A DNA stretch of 31,071 nt, the filler included, from Amphiscolops sp. MND2022 (Eukaryota): assembly GCA_964187785.1 (NCBI GenBank). It is 2 parts of 2 records of this genome, joined end to end, with 100 filler letters (N's around TTAATTAATTAA, not from the genome) between each part and the next. Parts side by side here need not be neighbours in the genome. Positions count along the whole stretch, not along the records: positions 9,511 to 31,071 come from OZ076411.1; 1 more part is not named here. One strand, written 5' to 3'. Position numbers and translations under genes: made by a program. The stretch's first letter is position 1. Every line of letters begins with the position of its first letter. The notes under the pieces were generated by a model. That model was not told the DNA's origin. It ran no database searches and worked only from the letters and a program-made list of their open reading frames with translations. Below, piece after piece: positions 21,700 through 31,071 of the stretch.

Positions 21700-22790
21700 G
21701 ATTTTTACCGTTTTTATGCAAATTTTGTCAAATTTTCGATAGATTTCGTAGTTTTGAATGTCGAAAGAGAAAAATTTTGTTATCCAAGAGTCTTTTTCAA
21801 AGAAATAAACGCAACTTTATCCAGAAAAAATGCCTCAAATTGCAATCCAAATTGAAAAAACTTCCAAAAAGTTCGGATTATTACCGTTTTCATGCAATTT
21901 TTGGATAAATTTTTGATACAATTCCTAGCTTAGAAAGTTAAAAACACTCAACAAGGAAATAATTCGTTGCCTGATTGGCTTCTTTGAAGATAAAAAAGCA
22001 GTTTTGGCTAAAAAATGCATCAAATTCAGACCGAAATTGACAAAAAGTACAGTTTATGCAGTTCTATAAAGATTGCAATAAAGATTTTATGCAGTTTTTG
22101 TCTATTTTTTGAAAGACTTGGTGGCTTAGAATGTCAAATACGTTCAACAAGGAAAACATCCTTGTCCGGGAGTCTTCTTTGAAGAGGTAAAAGCAGTTTG
22201 TGCTGGAAAAATGCATCAAATTCACACCAAAATTGACAAAAAAAACTAAAAAGTTCAGATTTTCGAAAATTTTATTCATTTTTTGTGTATTTTTCTAAAA
22301 CCTTAGTTGCTTAGAATCCCACAGACGTTCAACAAGGAAACAATTTGTTGTCCAGTGGGCTTTTTTGAAGAAGTAAAAGCAATTTGTGCTGGAAAAATGC
22401 TTCAAATTCACACCAAAATTGACAAAAAGACCAAAAAATTCAGGTCTTTGAAAATTTTATGCAGTTTTTGTGTACTTCTCGAAAAATTTGGTGGCGTGGA
22501 AAATTAAAGACGTTCAACAAGTAACAAATTACCTGTCAGTGAGGCTTTTGTTAAGAAGTAGAGAGAGTTTTCTACTAAAAAAAAACGCACAATTTGCGAC
22601 CAAAAATGACGAAAACTTCAAAATGTACCAATTTTTCAATTTTTTCTGCAACTTTTGTCAAATTTCTAGAGATTTCGTGGATCAAATCGTTGAATACGAT
22701 CAACAGCGAAAGATTTCGTTGTCCAATAGGGTTGTTTGCGGAGATAAATGCAGTTTTGTAAAAAAAACAGCAACAAGGACGACGAAATAG
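21700..22790 (+). repeat. Decayed ~185-bp tandem repeat (about 5-6 units)
   Basis: TCAACAAG anchors at ~21948, 22144, 22329 and 22514 (periods 196, 185, 185), with recurring AAAAATGC(A/T)TCAAATTCA and AAATTGACAAAAA. Confidence 0.75.
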
Positions 22791-23725
22791 GTAACAAATC
22801 TTACTTTTTTTCTACGTTTTTGTATTTTCCAACGCAACTTTGGTAAAATCGTCAAACTTTTCATAGATCAAAACTCTGAAACGGCTCAACAACAACTGGA
22901 AGCGTTCTACTGTAGGCTTTTTGATGGGACATGTGCCAGTTTCTGATAAAAAATTAAGCTTTAATTTGACACAAAAATTGTCGAAAAGTCCTAAAAATTC
23001 CAGTTTATGTAGGTTCTTCATGTTATTCGAGTATCATTTTTGAGAATATTGGTAAGTTAGATGGTTCAAAATATTCCTCAAAATGACCCCAAAATAGTCG
23101 AAAAAAATTTTGGCAGTTGTTCGAAAAATTAGTGAATTTCTATTGAAAATTACCAAAATTTCGTAATATTCTAAAAGTCTAAATTTTTTGAGTAGGCATG
23201 CAGAATGTTCAAAAAAATCTACAGTTGTGTATGCAAAAAGTTCGTCAGGATGATTTGAACTTAAGCGAAAATCCGTTTTTTTTTGAAATATTGATATACT
23301 TTTATGTAAACGTTTCGAGCAATTTTGTAATTCAAGAATGAGTGGACCCGTTATCCAAAAAGCATTTTTGAAAAGACATCTACAGTTTCTTATAAAAGTT
23401 CCTCAAATGACCGCAATTTTGTCGGAAAGCAAAAATCTACACTTTTTGACATTTTTGGCAACTTCACGCAAATTTAAAGAAATTTTGATTTGTTAGGTTA
23501 CACACAATCTGACGAAAAAACAAATAGGTGTTTGGTGTCTTCTTAAAGTGTTTCCTTCTGAAATGGCATAACATTATTCGAAAAGTGTCAAACCGTTTTC
23601 CATCAAACCTCTGACTGTTTTCATTGTGTAGTGGCTACTCTTGAGTGTCAAAAAGATGTCATTGCTTGAACAGTTTGGATGGAAAATATCCTGCTGATCA
23701 GCGGGCGTCTTGACGACAATATTCC

Positions 23726-26256
23726 CTTGACAATATCCTATGTGACCTTATTGCTGTCCCTCTATCCTTCGAGATCATGGGTACAAATGATATTAGTGAT
23801 CACTATCCAATAATTCTGAACTTAGAGAATGCTGTTGAACCCAACTCTTCAAGTATTGTTTTCTCCTTCACGAGTCGTGAGGAGATGGAAGTTTTCAAAA
23901 AATCGTGGATTCACTTTACATACGAGCCCTATCCAAGTAGAGCAAATGTGGTTGGTTTCTACAATTGTCTTTGGTATAGTATTGAAACTTCATTCAGTAG
24001 CAAGAGGAAAAAACGCTTAGCCAACCCGTTTTACTACACTTCCAATAAAATGCATACGCTTAACAAGTTAAAAACAGCGAAAAGAAAAACTGTTAAAAAT
24101 CCTAGTAAAACGAACATTGAATCTGTCGAAAAACTCCAAGTGGGGTTTAGTAACTCAGCGGAAATGGACCGTATGTTATTTGTTGCTGGAGCTTCCACGA
24201 ATACTCTGCCTGACTGTTTCAGTCTCTTAAACAGCCTCAAAACAAATACATACCCTATGGTGATGAGCTATGATGACGACTGCTTGAAGACTGTACCTCA
24301 AATATCAAATGACTTTAATACTTACTTCTCCAGCAATTTCAATCATACAGAAATCCAGCTACAGTTTATGAATCAGATGGCTCACTCAAACTTGATGATA
24401 CTCTTCTATCCGTAAGTCCCTCAATTATTCGTGAGACGATACTCGCTATGAAAGAATCCCCGACTATTACAAATGATTTTCTCCCCCCTAAGTTATTGAA
24501 ACTCTGTCCTGATGTTTTTGCAATCTTCTTCATCCTATTTTTTGCTCGATAAGTCTTACGAAATCTTACCCTGAAGTTTGGAGAAGTGCTTTGATACGAC
24601 CAATTTTCAAGGTTGGGCTAAAGACTTCATTCTTAATTACCGACCCATTAGTCCCCTACCGACATCCCCGCTATTATTTAAAAAGCTGGTCTGGAGGCAC
24701 AATTTTAGCCACGTTTGGATGAAAATACTCCCTAAACAATTCGGCTTTCAGTCAAGAAAAAATTCTGTCTTAAGTTAACAGACTTCCTAGAATATGCACA
24801 TAGAATGAAGACCTTGGTTACCCATACTGTGTATCTAGATTATGAAAAAGCATTTGATAAGGTTCCTCACACAATTAACTTGAGTAAACTTCGTAAGTTT
24901 GGTCTGGATGAAAGTTCCCTTGAACTACTATCAAGCTATCTGAAAGATCGAATTCAGAATGTTAAAATTGATAACCATGTCTCCGACTCAGTCAACATTG
25001 CGAGTGGAGTTCCTCAAGGCTCCGTCGTGGGTCCTCTTTTCTTTATTTTATTCAAAATGATTTGCCTTCTATTTTCTTAGACTGCAAACCATGGCTATTT
25101 GCTGATGACTTGAAGCTTCTCTTCAACTCTCTCAATTTCCATAATGATCTGGCAAGGTTATCAAACTGGAATGTCTCAAATGGTATGATAGCTAATTCCA
25201 GCAAAACTAAATGTTTACCTTCTGCTGGCAAACCAGCTGTTCTTCTAAAAACTTCTGAGTCGTTGGAAAATGTAAAACTCCACAAAGATCTCGGTGCTTT
25301 CATAGCCAGCGATTTATATTGGCCTAGTCAGCTCAATAAAGCTCGAAAGGCTTTTTTCTCTCTTTTAATCGGATCCTTTTTAATACTCCCTCCAAAACAA
25401 AGCCGAATTTATACACTTCTATGGTTTATCCATGCTCCTCTATGGAATTCCTGCTTGGCATCCTGATGTAACGAGGATAAAAGAAATGGGAAAATTTCAA
25501 AAATCCTGCCTCCGTTGGGTCTTTGGTTCTAAATTACAATATGAACGGCAGTTAAAAAGCTACGACATCCTGCCCGTGTGTTATCAAAGGTATGTGCCCT
25601 TTTTCCGAATCCCATTTTGCCGAATTTCGATGCCCACTTTGCCGAATTCCGATGCCCACTTTGCCGAAAATTTTTTTGGCAAAATGGGCAAGGAAGGCAG
25701 TTGTCTACATCTGCAAAAACAGACTTTTAAAGCTATAAAATGATTCAAAGTAAAAAACGTGTCTCGGATATGTCCCCAGTTCCTCTAGTGCCCAGCGGCC
25801 CCTTGGAACCGCTTATGTTCCCATCTTGCTGAGCGAGGTCGAACAGGAGCAAAGACCTAGCGGGTACGGAGATCGCGAAGCGATCGTAGTGGGAGCTGGT
25901 CTTTGCGACGGTGAGGGCGAATGTGCATACAGCGGATATGCCCCACATTATATTTTCGCTCTCAAAAAGTCTGTTTTTGCAGATGTAGACAACTGCCTTG
26001 CCCATTTTGCCGAATTTCGATGCCCACTTTGCCGAATTCCGATGCCCACTTTGCCGAAAATTTTTTTGGCAAAATGGGCAAGGTAGGGACACTTTGCCGA
26101 ATTCGGCAAAATGGGTTTCGGCAAACTGTCCCATATTCTTATCAAATTGAACTTCTCACAATGACAATGGCATTCAAAATGTTTAGTGGGCGGTATCTGT
26201 ATGACTTTGCTACCCATATTGACTTTCGTGTTTATGGTCGAATCTTAACTCCTTAA
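23726..26256 (+). mobile_element. Old 5'-truncated, frameshifted LINE ORF2 (CR1/L2-like), interrupted by a MITE at 25589-26138
   Basis: Endonuclease tail LDNIL...SDHYP, then RT motifs YRPIS, QFGF, YLDYEKAFDKVPH, GVPQGSVVGP and FADD in shifting frames. The reading LPVCYQ|IELLTM resumes across the MITE. Confidence 0.92.
25589..26138. mobile_element. 550-bp palindromic MITE with 8-bp TSD
   Basis: TTATCAAA at 25581-25588 and 26139-26146. Imperfect TIRs sharing CCGAA(T/A)CCCATTTTGCCGAATT; 83-bp direct repeat at 25611-25693 / 26001-26083; inner inverted arms at 25694-25728 / 25965-25999. Confidence 0.9.
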
Positions 26257-26326
26257 GAACCTAGAGCCATGAGTTTAATTAATTGTAACTACCACTCACT
26301 GGCTCATCAAAAAAGGTAATTGGTCA

Positions 26327-26460
26327 CTTGGCTTAATGCCATTTGGCTTAAAGTCATTTGGCTTAATACAATTGGTCACTTGGCCTAATTTTTTAAAGCT
26401 AAGTGTATCGGGTATTGGTCACTTGGCTTAAAGTCATTTGACTTAAAACCATTTAGTTGA
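26327..26460 (+). repeat. Cluster of CA(C/T)TTGGCTTAA-type subrepeats (probable transposon end)
   Basis: About eight spaced copies, e.g. GGTCACTTGGCTTAA, CATTTGGCTTAA, CATTTGACTTAA. Confidence 0.6.
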
Positions 26461-26614
26461 AAACACGTGGCAGATTTTGTCGAGTTTATCTTCATAACGT
26501 AGTCAGCGTATTATTATAACATGTCATATCAAGTACCCCTCGGATATGTCCCCATTTCCTCTAGTGCCCTGCGGCCTCTTGGGGCCGCTTATATTCCCAT
26601 CTTGCTAAGCGAGG

Positions 26615-26725
26615 TCGAACAGGAGGGGTGGCTGTAAATAGGTCGAATTTTTCTGGTCGAAAGGACTGAAGTCGAACCTTTTGGTCGAATTGTAGGGATC
26701 GAATGGAGTGCGGTCGAATTCGATC
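26615..26725 (+). repeat. Cluster of (G)TCGAA subrepeats
   Basis: About seven copies of GTCGAA/ATCGAA at 12-25 nt spacing. Confidence 0.55.
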
Positions 26726-26865
26726 GTATTTGTTGTATGGCTCGGTCGCTTCGCTCCCTTCGCTCCCTTCGCCAAGTAGCAACCTTGAGGCATGGCCATA
26801 TGGCACGTCGCTCCGCTTCGCTTCGCTAATTGTTGTGATAAACTTATTAAATAGTTTCCGGTGAA

Positions 26866-27648
26866 ATGACAAACAAAACATCTACGTCGGCATCCAAGTG
26901 TGGATCCTGCAAGAAAATGGTGAAGGATGAGGACCCGTCTGGCATTGCTTGTGACTCTTGTGGTGTTTGGTATCATGGCTGCTCATGTGCTGGTCTCTCT
27001 CAAGATGATGTCACTGTGATGGGCAGAATCAGAGGGTGTCTCTGGATCTGTAGTGTTTGCCACAACGATGATGTTTTCACATCCGAAGCTAAGTTGAATT
27101 CTTTGATTGCTAAGAAAGAATATAAAATCTCGGTTAAATCAATTCAAAATTCTCTTGATGAAATTAAAACAAAACTTGAACCTACCCATAAAGTGCCAAA
27201 AGCTCCCCCTAGTGGAGAAACCACTTGTCGTGAGATTCTAATAAGTGGACTTGTTGAGGATAAGGGTGACTTTCATTCCTCTTTTGAAGCCGATGACTTT
27301 AATTTGAAGGAGGTCTTCCAACATATTGGTGAACCCATGTTATCCATTGAAACAACCCGTCAGCTTGGACGTCCTCAGCGTGATTCAAAAAGACCCAGGC
27401 CCCTGCTTGTACGTTTTACCTCTGAATGGGATGCTCGCAAAAGTTTATCGAAAGCTTACAAACTGAAATCATACCCTGTGCAACTCTACTTTTCTAAATC
27501 GCTAAATGAGGAAGACCAAGCGACGAGACGTAAACTGTTAGAAAAAAGATATCAAATGATTAACAATGAAAACGTCCCCAAAGAAGAATTGCGAATCAAA
27601 GGTCTAAAACTTATGAGAAATGGTGTTGAGGTCAACTTGCAAAATTGA
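26866..27648 (+). CDS. LINE ORF1p, 260 aa: PHD finger, coiled coil, RRM-like domain
   Basis: C4HC3-type pattern CGSC...CDSCGVWYHGCSC...WICSVC. EILISGLVE...RPRPLLVRF and LYFSKSL are typical of CR1/L2-group ORF1. Confidence 0.92.
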   Translation: MTNKTSTSASKCGSCKKMVKDEDPSGIACDSCGVWYHGCSCAGLSQDDVTVMGRIRGCLWICSVCHNDDVFTSEAKLNSLIAKKEYKISVKSIQNSLDEIKTKLEPTHKVPKAPPSGETTCREILISGLVEDKGDFHSSFEADDFNLKEVFQHIGEPMLSIETTRQLGRPQRDSKRPRPLLVRFTSEWDARKSLSKAYKLKSYPVQLYFSKSLNEEDQATRRKLLEKRYQMINNENVPKEELRIKGLKLMRNGVEVNLQN

Positions 27649-28733
27649 CTGCAAATCAAATCTTGCCTTATCAATGTCCAAAGCCTTATCGATGTTTCGC
27701 AACGCCTCAAACTTTTGAATTATCTCAGTCTTCATTCCCCAGATATCATCTTTCTAACTGAAACTTGGCTCTATCCATCTATCAACGATTCTGAAATTTT
27801 TCCACTAAAAAGCAATTATACAACAATCTCCAGACAAGATCGATTAACTGGGGAACATGGTGGGGTTTTGATAGCTACCAAAAAAGGATTTGAATTCAAT
27901 CATTCAGAAGTTTCAAAGCTGAACGACTACTCAACTGCCATCTACTTATTTGACGAATACAGCTCTCACATGTTTCTACTGATTTATAACCCGCCCACAG
28001 ATTCTCCATACCGTATTCAAGCAGATTCACTAATAGACTGCATTTCCTCATACTTCAACGACGATCTTGTATCTTCGAATTCTTTCACAATCCTTGGTGA
28101 CATTAACTTGGTGGACGTCTGTTGGGCAACAATCACTGCACACTCTGATTACTCTAAAGCAATATTGGAAAAAGTCGAAAGTTTAAATCTCCTGCCACTT
28201 GTTTTCGAACCAACTTACAAGTCCGGAAGCATACTCGATATCATTTTGACTTCAACTCCAGAACTTTTTACGGTTTGTGTGGATGAAAGTCTGTACTCGG
28301 ATCACTTTGCTGTTTTTGCATGGTTTTCCTTACCTAAGCCCTTGTCCAACCAAAGTTCTCAAACAACATCAAAGTATTCAGCTTCTTCCTTCTCCGCTCA
28401 CTGCTTCAATCAAAATCTTTCTTCTCACTACTATGATTTTCTGAGCTTCCCTAACTCCAGTTTTCTTCAATTCTCTTTTGACGATTATGTTGCCTTCTGG
28501 TATCAAGTGCTTATGAATGCTATCAATGCGTCCTGTCATCGCAAAACTAACAGGAGACTTGAGTTTCCATATTTCTATTCCTCTCACTCTATACATATGA
28601 ATAATAAGCTCCGCACAGCTGCCAAAAACAATTATGAACCAACATATCAAAAGAAGTTGAAGGACGACATACAAAATTCTATTGAACTGGACAAAACTAT
28701 CTTGATTGACAGTCTATCACCCAATTCGCATCC
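27649..28733 (+). pseudogene. LINE ORF2, APE endonuclease domain and start of linker; same frame as ORF1, no initiator AUG
   Basis: Motifs LINVQS, LTETW, GGV, IYNPP, LGDIN, LDIIL and SDHFAV. First ATG at 27970. Frame break and deletion near 28730. Confidence 0.92.
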
Positions 28734-29780
28734 TCTAATTGTTCGAGCTCTGATCCCATTCCCACGTTCGTTTTCAACTCCTGTCCTGGGCTACTAGCAC
28801 CTCTTGTCACCCAGCTTTTTAATACCATTATCAAATCAAAACAGTGGCCTGATTTCTGGAAATGTTCTACCATAAAGCCAATTCTCAAATCTGGTAACCC
28901 CGAAAATGTGGAAAATTCAGTCTATTTTGACTTTTCCAAAGCATTTGACCTGGTCTGTCATCACAAACTCCTACAGAAATTGGCTTCTTTCAATTTTGAC
29001 TCCGATTTCTTGGTGCTTTTCAAATCCTATCTAAATCAAAGATCTCAAAAGGTATACGTAAATGGGTGTCTTTCTGATTCTGCAAAAATTACAAGTGGTG
29101 TTCCTCAGGGGAGCGTGCTCGGCCCCCTTCTATTTCTTATCTTTATTAACGATCTACCCAAAACAGTACAAACATCCTCGAGTTACTTGTTTGCCGATGA
29201 CAGTAAACTTCACTCAGTCTTGACAACTTCTGATATGCAGCACGATATAAACTGTTTTCTTTACTGGTCGGGCGAAAACCTAATGATATTCAATATTGAC
29301 AAATGCAACGTTATCTCCTTCAAAAATAGAGAATTAATAGGCCCGTTCTTCCTGGATGGCAACGAACTACCAGTTGTAAATACTATCAAAGACTTGGGTA
29401 TCATGGTTTCTGACAACTTATCCTGGGACAAGCACATTCAATCTAAATTAATTGCAGCTAGGAAGTCTTTCCAGTTCTTGAAACGAAACCTGCCTCGAAA
29501 TGTTTGTACCCGTACAAAGCTACTTTACTATCGTCTTTGTGTACTGAGTGTCTTGCTATATGGTTCCCAAATAAGGTGCCCTTCATTGATTTACAGACGT
29601 AAATTGGAATTATTCAACATGAAGTGCCTGAAATGGGTTACTGGTTTATCAAACTATCTTGAACAACTTGCTGCAACATACACACTTCCAATTTCTTTCT
29701 ATCTTGTTTTCCAAGACATGCTTTTCCCTAATAGGACCATCCATGGCAAATATGACCTAAATATTGAAGACTTTTTTTAA
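28734..29780 (+). pseudogene. LINE ORF2 RT fragment 1 (internally deleted)
   Basis: DPIPTFVFNSCP...WKCSTIKPILKSGNPENVEN is joined directly to SVYFDFSKAFD, so YRPIS to QxGF is missing. GVPQGSVLGPLLF and FADD follow. Confidence 0.9.
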
Positions 29781-30722
29781 AAAAAAAATCGTTCAACAGT
29801 TACGCAATTACTCCCTTATCTTGACCAATTGTATCATCAACTTGATGTGAATGGACCCAGCTTCTCAGTCTATTTTGACTTTTCCAAAGCATTTGACCTG
29901 GTCTGTCATCACAAACTCCTACAGAAATTGGCTTCTTTCAATTTTGACTCCAATTTCTTGGTGCTTTTCAAATCCTATCTAAATCAAAGATCTCAAAAGG
30001 TATACGTAAATGGGTGTCTTTCTGATTCTGCAAAAATTACAAGTGGTGTTCCTCAGGGGAGCGTGCTCGGCCCCCTTCTATTTCTTATCTTTATTAACGA
30101 TCTACCCAAAACAGTACAAACATCCTCGAGTTACTTGTTTGCCGATGACAGTAAACTTCACTCAGTCTTGACAACTTCTGATATGCAGCACGATATAAAC
30201 GGTTTTCTTTACTGGTCGGGCGAAAACCTAATGAGATTCAATATTGACAAATGCAACGTTATCTCCTTCAAAAATAGAGAATTAATAGGCCCGTTCTTCC
30301 TGGATGGCAACGAACTACCAGTTGTAAATACTATCAAAGACTTGGGTATCATGGTTTCTGACAACTTATCCTGGGACAAGCACATTCAATCTAAATTAAT
30401 TGCAGCTAGGAAGTCTTTCCAGTTTTTGAAACGAAACCTGCCTCGAAATGTTTGTACCCGTACAAAGCTACTTTACTATCGTCTTTGTGTACTGAGTGTC
30501 TTGCTATATGGTTCCCAAATATGGTACCCTTCATTGATTTACAGACGTAAATTGGAATTATTCAACATAAAGTGCCTGAAATGGGTTACTGGTTTATCAA
30601 ACTATCTTGAACAACTTGCTGCAACATACACACTTCCACTTTCTTTCTATCTTGTTTTCCAAGACATGCTTTTCCTTAATAAGACCATCCATGGCAAATA
30701 TGACCTAAATATTAAAGACTTT
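28917..30722 (+). repeat. 858-bp direct duplication of the RT core (offset 948)
   Basis: TCAGTCTATTTTGAC at 28917 and 29865; homology ends at GACTTT (29774 / 30722). About a dozen substitutions by eye. Confidence 0.96.
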
Positions 30723-31001
30723 ATATGTTTTAGCCATCCTGCTAAAGATCTCAGAAGCTCCAAATTCATCCATCTTTCCCCAGTAAACCCCTGTCACAAA
30801 TTCAAAACCCAGGAATCTTACTTCCAGAGAATCTGCTGCTACTCTAACTACCTATCAGCAATCAATATTTCTGTCTTGGATAACTTCAACAGCTTCAGAA
30901 GGGACCTTTCTATTTACCTTCATAATCGAGTGTCTTCCTTCGATATAAATCGTTCTTGCACTTGGTTTATTAAGTGCTCTTGTAGCATCTGTCGTGCTTG
31001 A
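29787..31001 (+). pseudogene. LINE ORF2 RT fragment 2 with the native C-terminus
   Basis: NRSTVTQLLPYLD...SVYFDFSKAFD...GVPQGSVLGP...FADD...CTWFIKCSCSICRA*. 29865-30722 duplicates 28917-29774. Confidence 0.92.
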
Positions 31002-31071
31002 AATTTTTTTCACTTTTTACCCTGTAAAAGTCATTTATACCGCCTTTTAGAACATGCCTTTTAATACAAAG

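Noticed and set aside
25820-25850. CTGAGCGA...GAA as a hammerhead ribozyme core
   Set aside because: Does not match CUGANGA/GAAA, the second copy has CTAAGCGA, and stems I-III cannot be built.
25590-26256. ORFs with repeated PFCRI/MPTLP peptides; CRISPR-like appearance of the GCCGAA repeats
   Set aside because: These are translations of MITE subrepeats. Repeats are not separated by unique equal-length spacers, no cas genes are present and the context is eukaryotic.
1-31071. rRNA or tRNA genes
   Set aside because: No cloverleaf or conserved rRNA segments recognised by eye; tRNAscan-SE and barrnap were not run.

Overview
AT-rich, repeat-dense eukaryotic (animal-like) genomic DNA in two pieces, joined by an artificial 100-nt spacer (9411-9510: N44-TTAATTAATTAA-N44), so the two sides may not be neighbours. 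Left piece: (i) at least four head-to-tail ~795-bp units (1-3166), each encoding a canonical C2H2 zinc finger; (ii) the last four coding exons of a pirin gene on the minus strand (8337 to 4177; 5' exons not found), whose introns carry several MITEs with readable TIRs and target-site duplications, one nested in another. Right piece: (iii) a ~3.5-kb direct duplication (9511-13039 / 15661-19258) carrying an unidentified 246-aa ORF, intact in copy 2 and frameshifted in copy 1, plus a ~970-bp fold-back; (iv) a probable solo LTR with an internal ORF and a decayed ~185-bp tandem repeat; (v) an old 5'-truncated LINE interrupted by a 550-bp palindromic MITE; (vi) a younger CR1/L2-type LINE (PHD-finger ORF1; endonuclease-RT ORF2). 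In this LINE, ORF2 follows ORF1 in the same frame after a single UGA, has no AUG for 107 codons, and its RT region is internally rearranged and duplicated. The best candidates for novelty are the UGA-joined LINE ORFs, the zinc-finger tandem array and the duplicated orphan gene. All calls are by eye; no database searches were run.
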